64,000 nucleotides of DNA from Promethearchaeota archaeon (lineage in GTDB: Archaea > Asgardarchaeota > Lokiarchaeia > Sigyniarchaeales > SOKP01), in NCBI GenBank assembly GCA_016840085.1, contig JAEOTA010000018.1, positions 140,888 through 204,887 of the forward strand, read 5' to 3'. The notes under the pieces are model-generated. The model ran no database searches. It was not told the DNA's origin and saw only the letters and a list, made by a program, of their open reading frames with translations. Below are positions 30,850-40,865 of this stretch, piece after piece; the stretch's first letter is position 1; each line of letters starts with the position of its first letter. The position numbers and the translations under genes were made by a program.

Positions 30850-31422
30850 TTAAAATGGAGGAGTTGCTAAAAATTCATATAAGACATCCTCTTCTAAATT
30901 TAAGAGTAATGCAGGGGTGATTTCTTTAAATTTTATACCTTCTGTTTTTTTGATTAAAATTTCTTCATTTACTAGTCCTGTATTATACCAATGCTTTAGT
31001 AATCCTATTCTTTTTATTTTTGCCATGTTTAGAAGAGTATGCAAGAAATTCATCCAGTTATCTATCTCTTGATGAATCTCCATAGGAGTTTTTCTTAGAG
31101 CATTTTTATGTTGTTTTGAGCTAATTTTCCTCTTTATCCAATTATGTATCTGTTCTTCAGACCACTTCTTTTTTTTAAGCGTCCTAATTTTTTTTGATTT
31201 AAGTAATTTCTTATATTCTTGCGAACAGTTTTGAGATCCTAAAACCGTATCACAGTCGCAATAGCTTTTTGTTGCTCTAAGATACAATTCATTGGTCCTC
31301 AATTGAGATTTTACATTAACATTGTTAATAGGCGAAAAATCCATATCGAATTTGTTAAAATAAGATTTTAATTCTTCTAAATTAACTTCATTTGGTAAGG
31401 TCGCTGTAATGTAATAACACAT
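30850..31422 (-). CDS. Hypothetical protein with CDC motif
   Basis: 190-aa ORF; MCY start and YCDCDT. Confidence 0.65.
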   Translation of the reverse strand: MCYYITATLPNEVNLEELKSYFNKFDMDFSPINNVNVKSQLRTNELYLRATKSYCDCDTVLGSQNCSQEYKKLLKSKKIRTLKKKKWSEEQIHNWIKRKISSKQHKNALRKTPMEIHQEIDNWMNFLHTLLNMAKIKRIGLLKHWYNTGLVNEEILIKKTEGIKFKEITPALLLNLEEDVLYEFLATPPF

Positions 31423-31503
31423 TTTAATCGCAGTACATTTGCCAAATTTTGTATTTCCTGAAAATATTAATATTAATTAAAAATAAGAAATGAAATAATA
31501 ATT

Positions 31504-31875
31504 TTATTTTGTTTTTAGAACAAGAGTTATTGCTCTTGTAAGTCGGATGACATCCATAACTTTCCCCTTTTCTACAGTTATTTGTTCTCTACTAATTGCA
31601 TGTGTAAAATCCCCCTTTCCTTCGCATATTCTTACGATGGCAAGGTTATCGCCAGACATAACGATCTCTGGTGAAGAAAATGTTCCTTGATTGACTTTTG
31701 CTTTCAGATCTTGTATCTCTACATAAAATGGATCTTCGTTATCTAAATTAAATTGAAATGTCATATCCCAATGTACTGGTTTACCGCCTATATCTGTTAC
31801 AAATACTTGCTGAGCCTTAGGAAGCGTATTCATTTTTTCAACGATCCTTGTTAAATTTTCATATGCTATTCCCAA
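31504..31875 (-). CDS. SCP2 sterol/lipid-binding domain protein
   Basis: FQF.L.....FYVEI....AKV..G....P pattern; 123 aa; last gene of a thiolase-DUF35 operon. Confidence 0.75.
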   Translation of the reverse strand: MGIAYENLTRIVEKMNTLPKAQQVFVTDIGGKPVHWDMTFQFNLDNEDPFYVEIQDLKAKVNQGTFSSPEIVMSGDNLAIVRICEGKGDFTHAISREQITVEKGKVMDVIRLTRAITLVLKTK

Positions 31876-31877
31876 TT

Positions 31878-32372
31878 TTATTCTCCTCCCTCATATTCAG
31901 GTTTATTTATCCAATTTTCATATTCATCTTCAGGAACAAAGAAAAAATCAGTCATTTTTCCTTCTCTTTCTTTTTGAAACACAGCTCTCACTCTTTTTCC
32001 TTTTTTAATCTTTGAAGGCACTAAATTTTCTGAAAAAATTCCTTGTAATATAGCAGTATCTGCTCCTTCTAATTTAATGTATCCTACTGCATATGGAATA
32101 TTTTTGATAAAAGCAGATGTTGTAAACCAAACTATCGTACTAACTTCAATTATTCCCGTTTTTTTCACTTCAATCCATTCGGCTGGTACATAGCAATCAG
32201 AGCAATTTATTCTCGGGGGCATCCATACTTTCCCGCAATTAGAACATTTTGTCCCCAATAACCTTTTACTTTTTATTAGCTCTTTGAAAAATTTGGATTG
32301 CCCACCCATTGTATATTTATAATTAATTCTGATAACATCTCTTATTTCATGTGCTTGAAAGTTTTCTGTCAT
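31878..32372 (-). CDS. DUF35 Zn-ribbon/OB-fold protein
   Basis: CSNCG.VWMPPRINCSDC and LEGADT motifs. Confidence 0.9.
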   Translation of the reverse strand: MTENFQAHEIRDVIRINYKYTMGGQSKFFKELIKSKRLLGTKCSNCGKVWMPPRINCSDCYVPAEWIEVKKTGIIEVSTIVWFTTSAFIKNIPYAVGYIKLEGADTAILQGIFSENLVPSKIKKGKRVRAVFQKEREGKMTDFFFVPEDEYENWINKPEYEGGE

Positions 32373-33616
32373 TTTTTCAATCCCTCCTCATTAGACATTA
32401 CAATTATAGCAGCATAAGCTGCCCCTGGACCTCCAATTGAATGTGAGATCGCTCTACCATTTTCGATTGTTTCAATTTGATGTTTACCAGCATCTTCACG
32501 TATTTGTAAAGCTGCTTCTCCCGTAGACATAATACCAGTTGCACCTACAGCGTGTCCACAACCTATTAAACCACCACATGGACAACATGGTAATTCTCCA
32601 GCCATCATTGGGCCTCCTTCTTCAATCCATTTCCCACCTTCTCCGAATGGAACAAAACCAAGTTCTTCGTATGAAATCACCTCCTGTCCACTAAAGGCAT
32701 CATGAAGTTCAGCTACATCGATTTGTGATTTTATTTTTTTATAGTCCAATCCTGCCATCTTATAAGCAGCTTTTGCTGCATAAATATTCGAATATAATCT
32801 TCCCATATCTTCTCTATTTCCTATAAAACAATCAGTATTCGCTGCGCCAACCCCCGTTATCCAAATTGGTTTTTCAACTTTTAATTCCTTTACTTTTTCT
32901 TCACTTGCTAAAATTAATGCAGCAGATGCTTCTGAATAAAGACAACAATCAAGCATCTTGAAAGGATAGCAGATAATTCTTGAATTCATTACATCCTCAA
33001 CTGTTATTTCCATTGGAGATTGAGCTTTAGGATTATTTATTGCATTTCCATGATTTTTTACAGATACGAGTGCCATTTGTTCTTCTGTTGGATTTCCAAA
33101 TTCCTCAAAATGAGCATTCACCATACTTACATAAGAGCTTGCTGCCATCATTCCCATTGGATATTCGTAAGTCATATCAGCAGAGTATGCAATAGCATTA
33201 AGTACTTCAGGAGTAGTAGTTCCAGTTTGTTCATCATAGCAATCATTGCATTTCTCGACTCCTATACATAAACATAATTCTGACAATCCCGACGCTACTT
33301 CAGCATAAGCCATCCTAACAGTATATCCTCCCGTTGCACCTCCCGTTGCTATGCGTGTTCCTGGTTTATTATTCATGCCTAAATAACTGTTTGTAAAAAT
33401 ATCTGGCATAAATTGTCGCTCAAATAATTCATTATATATTCCGTAAACTGTTGATTGAAGGTCTTCATGAGTTATTTCGGCACCATTTTTATTAGAATCT
33501 TCTAGAGCAAGCTTAGTAGCATTAAATGCGAGCTCAAAATAAGTCTTATCTAAATAACGGGCTTTAAAGGGAGTAATTCCTATTCCAATTATTGCAACCT
33601 TTTTCATATTACTCAT
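32369..33616 (-). CDS. Thiolase-fold protein (SCP-x type, lacks the nucleophile Cys)
   Basis: ATGGATGG, ELHDAF and GG.IGCGHAVGATG motifs. Confidence 0.9.
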   Translation of the reverse strand: MSNMKKVAIIGIGITPFKARYLDKTYFELAFNATKLALEDSNKNGAEITHEDLQSTVYGIYNELFERQFMPDIFTNSYLGMNNKPGTRIATGGATGGYTVRMAYAEVASGLSELCLCIGVEKCNDCYDEQTGTTTPEVLNAIAYSADMTYEYPMGMMAASSYVSMVNAHFEEFGNPTEEQMALVSVKNHGNAINNPKAQSPMEITVEDVMNSRIICYPFKMLDCCLYSEASAALILASEEKVKELKVEKPIWITGVGAANTDCFIGNREDMGRLYSNIYAAKAAYKMAGLDYKKIKSQIDVAELHDAFSGQEVISYEELGFVPFGEGGKWIEEGGPMMAGELPCCPCGGLIGCGHAVGATGIMSTGEAALQIREDAGKHQIETIENGRAISHSIGGPGAAYAAIIVMSNEEGLKK

Positions 33617-33827
33617 TTTAGACTATAATTTAGATATTTTTGAATAAAGCAATATAATAATTTAGATTTAGTAAGTAATTAATTTTAGTTTTAGTTAATA
33701 TTTTGAAGTTTAAAAACTAAAATTTATAGAATATTAGCTATCAATACCTTAATTCTAGAGGTACTTTTATTCCTAAGTTAGTTACGTTAAATACATGAGG
33801 AATTTGATAATTGCTATTACATATTAA

Positions 33828-34301
33828 TTACCAAAATTGAACAGAATAGAATGTAATCGTTGCAAAAATAATCCCACAAATAATAATTACCAAAAAGTCC
33901 AAATTTTTTATTTCAATATTCATATTACTCGCTAATCTTTTTTTAAAAATTAGAGTGATTAGAAAGGGTATAAGAAATATAAGACCATATGCTGCGAAAG
34001 TAGTTGGTTCATATAATTGTTCAGGGACATTTCGATACAATCCAAAAAAGATCCAATCGAATATGATTGCCAATAATAGAAAGATTAAAGCTACGTATAG
34101 GCTTCCAATCCAAAATGATCCGTTTGAATATTTTTTTAAGCAGTAATACGAAGTAAGACCCCAAATGGTTGGTGCTAGAATAAGCATCATAATTATTCCA
34201 AATATTTCATTTAATATCCAAGGTATCCATAAAACAGCATTTGAAAACCAATACGCAGAGATTCCAACTAAGAGCGTTAAAAATAACCAGTTCTTTCTCA
34301 T
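33828..34301 (-). CDS. Small multi-pass membrane protein
   Basis: About five hydrophobic segments; GGTGA SD-like element upstream. Confidence 0.7.
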   Translation of the reverse strand: MRKNWLFLTLLVGISAYWFSNAVLWIPWILNEIFGIIMMLILAPTIWGLTSYYCLKKYSNGSFWIGSLYVALIFLLLAIIFDWIFFGLYRNVPEQLYEPTTFAAYGLIFLIPFLITLIFKKRLASNMNIEIKNLDFLVIIICGIIFATITFYSVQFW

Positions 34302-34382
34302 TTTCTCACCATTAATATTTAGAGATTTTTTAATTTTTTAACCTTAAGTTAAGTCTTTTAGCGACATTTAAGTTTAAAAACC

Positions 34383-35471
34383 TTATTTTTCAATAGGATA
34401 TTTGCCATATTTTTCAATTGCTTCGGGGATGGCTAAAATATTTGGTATTGGAACACCCCATGGCAAACAACAAATTGGTCCACAGATATATCTCCCTGTG
34501 GGTGCTAGATTTAAAATATTCTCTTTGACTTTTTCTTTGACTTCTAATGCTGTTCCTGAGAACATCTCTCGACTAACATCAATGTTTGCACCCATTATAG
34601 TAATATTCGGGAATTTTTTCTGAAATTGTATCCAATATTCAATATCTAGAGGATGAGAGCCATTTACAGCAATAAATTCAATTTGTTCACAAATTTCTTC
34701 GAAATAAGGACTCGTCCCGCAATTATGGAGAATAAAAGGAACTTTAATTTTATCTTGAAATTTTTTTATAAATTGTCCCTCGAATTGCATAGCATCTTGA
34801 AAAGACATCATATGTCTATTAAACGCATAAGCAGGATAAAGAATAATACTACATGATCCTACTTCTTCAATCCATGCATTGTATGAATTAATTTGGCTTT
34901 CAAAAATCTTTTTACAAAGCTTTAAGAGTAAATCAGGATTTTGCTTAATATCTCTATAAGCTTGAACCCCTCTTAATTCTTGCACAACAGACCATAGACC
35001 AAGTCCCATATTTTGTGGATATTTCGTTTTTTTTTGTATAATTTTCGCAGCTGCATAAGTAGTTTTCCATAATCCACTTTTTGTATGGTTTGGAATTTCT
35101 AATTTTTCAATATCTTCTTCAGTTTTGCAGAGTTCTCCTTGTTTTATAGCTAACGGTTTGTAATCATACCATTCAATTAAGTCCATTCCATCATTTGCTT
35201 CAGCGAACGCATAAGCTTCTGCAGGACCTGCATAAGCAGAGGGTAACTGAATGGAATCAGCTCTAATGAACTCTGCGGACATTATCATAGATTTTGCATA
35301 TAGTTTAGGTGAACTTAACATTTCTTTTGCAGTTCTTCCTACTATACGTGTGGCAAATTGTTCATCAATAATAGGGAAAAATGGAACTTTATCAACTTTC
35401 TTTTTATATCCTGAAAGCGTATTCATCATCCTACTGGCAGATCTAACCCAATCATGTGGCATTTCATACAC
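34383..35471 (-). CDS. MtaA/CmuA (uroporphyrinogen decarboxylase-fold) methyltransferase
   Basis: Zn-ligand pattern H-N-C-G plus a C-terminal C (GPICCLP); overlaps the corrinoid protein gene. Confidence 0.8.
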   Translation of the reverse strand: MYEMPHDWVRSASRMMNTLSGYKKKVDKVPFFPIIDEQFATRIVGRTAKEMLSSPKLYAKSMIMSAEFIRADSIQLPSAYAGPAEAYAFAEANDGMDLIEWYDYKPLAIKQGELCKTEEDIEKLEIPNHTKSGLWKTTYAAAKIIQKKTKYPQNMGLGLWSVVQELRGVQAYRDIKQNPDLLLKLCKKIFESQINSYNAWIEEVGSCSIILYPAYAFNRHMMSFQDAMQFEGQFIKKFQDKIKVPFILHNCGTSPYFEEICEQIEFIAVNGSHPLDIEYWIQFQKKFPNITIMGANIDVSREMFSGTALEVKEKVKENILNLAPTGRYICGPICCLPWGVPIPNILAIPEAIEKYGKYPIEK

Positions 35472-36108
35472 TCTCCATCATTTTTAAAATTTTTTGAATC
35501 CCTTCCCATCCATCCTTAGCATAATCATCCGCTCCTATTATATCGCAAGATTCTTTTGATAAAATTCCTCCCCCGACAATTATTTTAGAAGATAAATTTT
35601 CTCGTTTTAAAAGATTAACTGTTTCAACCATTTTAGAAATACTCATTGTGAGAAGACCACTTAAGCCAATTACCTTTGGGTTCACTTCTTTGGCCTTTTC
35701 AATAAATACTTTTGGAGATACATCAACACCTAAATCAATTACCTCAAATCCTTGCCCTTCCAATAACGCGATTACTAAGCTTTTTCCTATTTCGTGAATA
35801 TCTCCTTCTACAGTTCCTATTAAAATCGTTCCTTTAAATTTTTTGTTTAAATCCTCTTTCAATTTAGGTTTTAAAATTTTCATTATGTGTTTCATTATAT
35901 CAGCGGCAATTAACATATCTGGAAGAAAAAATTCCCCGCTTTGATACAACTCTCCAATTTTTTCAGCAGCTTTAGCAATAACTTCTGTAAAAATTTGTTT
36001 TATACTAATATTAGATTTTAAAAGTTTTTGAAAGCCATCTAAAGCTTTTTGAGTCTCCCCATAAATAATAGATTGTTTTAAGGTGTCGATTCTTTCTTTA
36101 TTATTCAT
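35464..36108 (-). CDS. Corrinoid (B12-binding) methyltransferase protein
   Basis: GE.FLP cap domain; GTVEGDIHEIGK, DLGVDV, GLSGLL and VGGG motifs. Confidence 0.92.
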   Translation of the reverse strand: MNNKERIDTLKQSIIYGETQKALDGFQKLLKSNISIKQIFTEVIAKAAEKIGELYQSGEFFLPDMLIAADIMKHIMKILKPKLKEDLNKKFKGTILIGTVEGDIHEIGKSLVIALLEGQGFEVIDLGVDVSPKVFIEKAKEVNPKVIGLSGLLTMSISKMVETVNLLKRENLSSKIIVGGGILSKESCDIIGADDYAKDGWEGIQKILKMMESV

Positions 36109-36151
36109 AATTTATTCTTATATCACTTTAAATTAAAAATTATTAATTAGT

Positions 36152-37225
36152 TTAAATTGATTTTTCAACTATTCTTAATTTGCTTTTCGCGCCAATCATA
36201 TTAAACTCACTGGGGCTGATTTCAATGTCTTTGCCTGTTAAGGCATTCACGATTGTTGCTGTTAAAATGCCCCAAGGACAGATAGAGTTTTTCAACTCTT
36301 CCGGTTCCATATAAGAGCGAACTGTAGCTGTTGAACAATTGAAAGATTCCACAGTTAATTCATTTTCAGATATCCATTTTACTTTTAATTTCTCTGCCAA
36401 ACCTATTTCAGTAAATTTCTTCATCGCAATTTCTAGAGCTTCATTTAGATTAAACTTTTTTAACTCATCTAGATCGAGCCCAATCTGTTCAGAATATCTT
36501 TCTAGAAATTCATATGTTTTAGGAAATACATATTTATATAAAACAGGCGTTCCAACTAATTCTTTTGCACTTCCCTCATATCCAAATGTAATTCCATGTA
36601 ATATCATAGCAACTCCATGAAGATTTGTTTGTTTTGTTGCTTCTCCATAAGTTTTGAATTTAAAAGCTTTTACTATTGCAAAAAGGATTAAGCCGATTAA
36701 AACTGAAAGAATTAACGACAATAGATAATTTGGTATTAATTCTGGTGTAGGAATCCCAACCGAAGGATTAACAAAAAAATAAAAATCAATATTACTAGTA
36801 AAATAAGCTAATGCCCATCCAGCAAATCCAATAGGCCCAAGAATCTTTCCATATTTATAAATAAAATCTTTTTTATATCTAGCAATTACAAACTTAATTG
36901 TAAATAAAAAAAATGCAATGATCCCCCCAAGAAAAGTATGCCAAAAAATAGTTGTAATAAAAAAATCACTAAAACCATCCGGATTCAATCTTGGTATTAC
37001 AGCAAAATAAATACATAAAGCAGAAAGTAAATAAAAAGTGGTTGCAGCAATCCACCCAAACCTCTTATGTGCTTTAACTTCTAATAATGTTAATTCCTTT
37101 AAATCTCTAATATATGAAATCCCTATGAATGCATTAGCAAGGGCTAAGCCGAAGCCCACTGTTGAGAGATATATCATAAAGTGATTAAGAAATATCATTT
37201 GATCAAATGTTAATTGAAATATCAT
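36152..37225 (-). CDS. Membrane protein (His-containing TM domain) fused to a C-terminal V4R-like domain
   Basis: Five TM segments with HKRFG and WHTFLG; C-terminal C..ICPWG.L...V...TG pattern. Confidence 0.65.
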   Translation of the reverse strand: MIFQLTFDQMIFLNHFMIYLSTVGFGLALANAFIGISYIRDLKELTLLEVKAHKRFGWIAATTFYLLSALCIYFAVIPRLNPDGFSDFFITTIFWHTFLGGIIAFFLFTIKFVIARYKKDFIYKYGKILGPIGFAGWALAYFTSNIDFYFFVNPSVGIPTPELIPNYLLSLILSVLIGLILFAIVKAFKFKTYGEATKQTNLHGVAMILHGITFGYEGSAKELVGTPVLYKYVFPKTYEFLERYSEQIGLDLDELKKFNLNEALEIAMKKFTEIGLAEKLKVKWISENELTVESFNCSTATVRSYMEPEELKNSICPWGILTATIVNALTGKDIEISPSEFNMIGAKSKLRIVEKSI

Positions 37226-37354
37226 TCTTTAATTTCACCTTAAGTTGATTTATTTTAAAAGAAAAATCTTTCAGTTATGGAATACTAATAAAAGAATATT
37301 TACCTATATACCATTTTTATATATAAAATTAATGCTTAAGAGAAAAAACTAAAT

Positions 37355-38458
37355 TTATTTTACTTGGAGAAATATGTTAAAACAGATATCTTGTATTTTT
37401 TGAAATATATTCAAATCTTCAACTTTTCCTATCATAACTAAAACAATATTATTAAAATTTATACAGATTGTAGTTATTTTCTCTCCGCCAATAGAACTAT
37501 TAAATAATACCCTATTATATATTTCTTCGCTCAATTTTTTTGAAGAAGTTAATACACTAATGGTTTCAGGAATATAATCAGTGCAATCATATTCTTCATC
37601 AAATAATTTGGCGTAGATTATTTTTCCCAATAAATCTACAAGGTATATTTGTTTAATCTTAGGATCCCAAATTAGTTTTTCAAATATTTCTGCGATTTTT
37701 TTAGGTTTCTTAACGTATTTATCCTTAGTTTTAAAAAACTCTAAATCCAAAAACTCATTTTCGATATTCTCTGATAATTGATATTGTTTCACTATTAGAA
37801 TCTTCTTTCTTATCTCTACAAGTATATTTTCATTCCTCACAGTAGTTAATAAAATCCAATTTACATTCTCATTGAGATTATTTTGGTATAAAAATTGAGC
37901 TGAATTAACAATCAATGGAATGAGAAAACTTAGTTTTCCTTTATTAACAAATTGTTTTGCATGTATATAAAAAACATGTCCTGCTTTTGGTTCAAGAAAT
38001 ATGACAGATTTAAATATTCCTCCCTTATCAATTTGGCGAATAGATGACATTAATGTATTTAAACCGTGAGCAAAGAGAATTTCTTCTAACTCTTTATTAA
38101 AACTAGTAAATTTTGTAACTTCACCATCAAATTCTTTATTAAGCGGTTCTTTAAACATCTTCGTGAAGCTTTCCATTATATCATGAACAATTGAATGTAG
38201 AAATTCTATTAATTCTTCATTTTTACTTGTTACGACAAAAGTAAGTTTTTGCACATAAGTAGACCATTTTTCAAAAATTATATTAGTTTCCTTTAATTTT
38301 AAGGCTTTAATATCTTCTCCCCTTTCCACACTCACAAAGCTATCTAAAGCTGATAAAAAACCACTAATTAAGTCATCATCACTAGTTTTACTAATATTTT
38401 CTGAATGCCAACTATATAATAACTGACCTGATTCATTGATGATAAATAAGTCATCCAT
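37355..38458 (-). CDS. Longin-like domain protein with additional longin/roadblock-like domains
   Basis: N-terminal LFIINESGQLLYS...DDDLISGFLSALDSF and later F...F......FDG.V..F..F; two further beta/alpha units start SVIFLEPKAGHVFY and QIYLVDLLGKIIY. Confidence 0.65.
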   Translation of the reverse strand: MDDLFIINESGQLLYSWHSENISKTSDDDLISGFLSALDSFVSVERGEDIKALKLKETNIIFEKWSTYVQKLTFVVTSKNEELIEFLHSIVHDIMESFTKMFKEPLNKEFDGEVTKFTSFNKELEEILFAHGLNTLMSSIRQIDKGGIFKSVIFLEPKAGHVFYIHAKQFVNKGKLSFLIPLIVNSAQFLYQNNLNENVNWILLTTVRNENILVEIRKKILIVKQYQLSENIENEFLDLEFFKTKDKYVKKPKKIAEIFEKLIWDPKIKQIYLVDLLGKIIYAKLFDEEYDCTDYIPETISVLTSSKKLSEEIYNRVLFNSSIGGEKITTICINFNNIVLVMIGKVEDLNIFQKIQDICFNIFLQVK

Positions 38459-38675
38459 GATAATATTAAAAATGATTTTAAATTAAATGAATATGATGTT
38501 TTTTATAACTTTAATCTAATATCTTACAATCAGAAGAATTTAATATTAACTATAAAGTAATAAATTCTAATTAATTAAAAAGTAAAACCAATTATTATAT
38601 AAAATTACTAAGAATTACTTAATTTTTAATAGATATAAGAGATTTTCCCTATTAATAATAAATTGGTAACTACAT

Positions 38676-40178
38676 ATGGATAAAAAAAAGATTCCAATTA
38701 TTGTAGGAGCAGCACAGTTTACACAACGTAAAGGTACTTCCAAACCTTTAGACCCACTTAGTTTAATGGTTAAAACCAGTCTACATGCTATCAAAGATAC
38801 GGAAGCAGAAAATTTAGTAGAGTATGTTGATGCAATTTACATGATAAATATTAATTCATGGTCGTATGAGGATGCACCAGGAGAACTTTCTGCAAAACTG
38901 GGTATAAAAACTGTTGAAAAGATATATTTGCCTGATGGGGGGCATTCGCCTCAGATGTTGGTAAATAGAGCCGCAAAAGATATAACCTCTGGTAAACAGA
39001 GCTGCATTTTAATTGTTGGGGGCGAGGCTGCATATTCCATATTTAAAACTTTTAAAAATCAGCAACCGCAACATTGGCCAGAAAAGAAAGACCCAAAATA
39101 TATAGAACAAAAGCTATTTGAATATACCAATGAATTTGAAAAAAAATATGGATTTAGGTGGGCACTACTCACATACGCTATTTTCGAAAGTGCATTGCGT
39201 TCATCCTCTGGACGAAGTCCTAAGGAGCATAGAATGTACCTAGGAAAACTCTTTGAACAATTTTCTAAGTATGTTGAAAAAAATTCTTTTAGTTGGACCC
39301 AACACCCCTATAATGCAGAAGAAATTATAACTCCCACTCCTGAGAATCGTTATATAGAATATCCATATACAAAACGTATGTGTGCAAACTTTTTTGTAGA
39401 TCAATCTGCTTCTGTTATAATTACAAGTGAAGAAATTGCTAAAATGCTTAATATAGAATGCAATAAATGGGTATATTTAATGGGAGGAGCAGACTTGCAT
39501 AATATACCTAAAGTTATTCGACGCCCACGACTTGATACCTCTCCTGCGGTAAAAGAAGCATCTCGACTTGCTTTAGAGCAAGCAGGGCTCACACTTAAAG
39601 ATATAGATGCTTTTGATTTGTATAGCTGCTTTCCTTCTATAGTGGAGATAATTATGAATGAACTGGGGATAAGTGAGGAGGATCCTCGTGATTTGACAAT
39701 TACAGGAGGCCTTCCATATTTCGGAGGGCCGTTAAGCGTTTATTCTTTACATGCAATTGTTAAGGCTGTAGAATTAATTCGTAATAATCCTTCCTTAAAA
39801 ATAATGATTGTGGCAAATGGAGGATATAACACGATACAATCCATTGGAATTTATGGTTCTAAAACCCCTAAAATCCTTTGGGGTGTACGTGATGACTCTA
39901 AAATACAAGAATCTATTCTAGAAAAATCTTTACCTCCACCAGTTGAAAAGGCGAATGGCCTACTTACTATTGAAGGATATACAATTATTTATAATCGCGA
40001 AGGTCAACCAGAACGCGGAATTTTGATTGGAACTCTTGAAAATGGGCATCGTACACTCGCCATTATGAATGGGACAAGCCTACTTTTAACTCTAGAAACT
40101 CAAGAACTAGTCGGAAGAACTTTTATGATTCAGTATGATTCCAATGTTGATAGAAATATAGTTATCTCTATAGATTAA
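38676..40178 (+). CDS. Thiolase-like protein (long acetyl-CoA acetyltransferase family with C-terminal extension)
   Basis: P.IVG..Q, GG.SPQ, PYTK.M, VDQ.A, DLYSCFP and T.TGGLPYFGGP motifs. Confidence 0.85.
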   Translation: MDKKKIPIIVGAAQFTQRKGTSKPLDPLSLMVKTSLHAIKDTEAENLVEYVDAIYMININSWSYEDAPGELSAKLGIKTVEKIYLPDGGHSPQMLVNRAAKDITSGKQSCILIVGGEAAYSIFKTFKNQQPQHWPEKKDPKYIEQKLFEYTNEFEKKYGFRWALLTYAIFESALRSSSGRSPKEHRMYLGKLFEQFSKYVEKNSFSWTQHPYNAEEIITPTPENRYIEYPYTKRMCANFFVDQSASVIITSEEIAKMLNIECNKWVYLMGGADLHNIPKVIRRPRLDTSPAVKEASRLALEQAGLTLKDIDAFDLYSCFPSIVEIIMNELGISEEDPRDLTITGGLPYFGGPLSVYSLHAIVKAVELIRNNPSLKIMIVANGGYNTIQSIGIYGSKTPKILWGVRDDSKIQESILEKSLPPPVEKANGLLTIEGYTIIYNREGQPERGILIGTLENGHRTLAIMNGTSLLLTLETQELVGRTFMIQYDSNVDRNIVISID

Positions 40179-40341
40179 TTAACTATTTTCTTGAAATTTG
40201 AGAATAATTCCTAAAATATTTTCATAAAACATGTTTGTTATATTTAAATTATTATTCCTTTTTTTAAACGCAAAATGAGTATCTTTTCAAATTAATAAAA
40301 AAAAAATTTTGTAAAATAGTATTTTTAATTTCTTCGATTTT

Positions 40342-40851
40342 TCACTCTTCTTTCTTATTAAGTTCAATGCTAGGATCTTCAATAGGTTCATAATGATCAA
40401 TGTCTAACCATTGACCTTTTCTTTCTTTAGCCCAAACGACCTTTAAAGGCATTCCAATATACACTGAACGAAAATCGATTTCAGGTGGGAGGTTATGTAA
40501 CCACACTGTATCTGCACCGTCTTGGCGAACTGCTATTATTGGACGTGGTTTCTCTCGCAATTTATCGTTTGGGTCATATGTGGCCGATGCAGTAGCAACT
40601 GAAGCAGTCTCAGGTAATCTGACCCATTGATCGGGTTTAACTAGGCATCTACCGCAGATTAATCTAGGCGGGAACGATACTGTATTACACGATCTGCATT
40701 TCAAACCTAAGATGAGTCCATCTTTTAATCCCTTCAGAAAAACTTTTGTTCTTGATAAATTGAATTTATATTTATATAATGCAAGATTCCAGCTCCCAGG
40801 CATCGTTTTTGTTCTTTTATATTCCTTTTTAATATATTCTGGTAATGGCAT
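40342..40851 (-). CDS. DUF35 Zn-ribbon/OB-fold protein
   Basis: CRSC..FPPRLICGRC; paralog of 24786-25316. Confidence 0.9.
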   Translation of the reverse strand: MPLPEYIKKEYKRTKTMPGSWNLALYKYKFNLSRTKVFLKGLKDGLILGLKCRSCNTVSFPPRLICGRCLVKPDQWVRLPETASVATASATYDPNDKLREKPRPIIAVRQDGADTVWLHNLPPEIDFRSVYIGMPLKVVWAKERKGQWLDIDHYEPIEDPSIELNKKEE

Positions 40852-40865
40852 TTTTTTATCTTACC

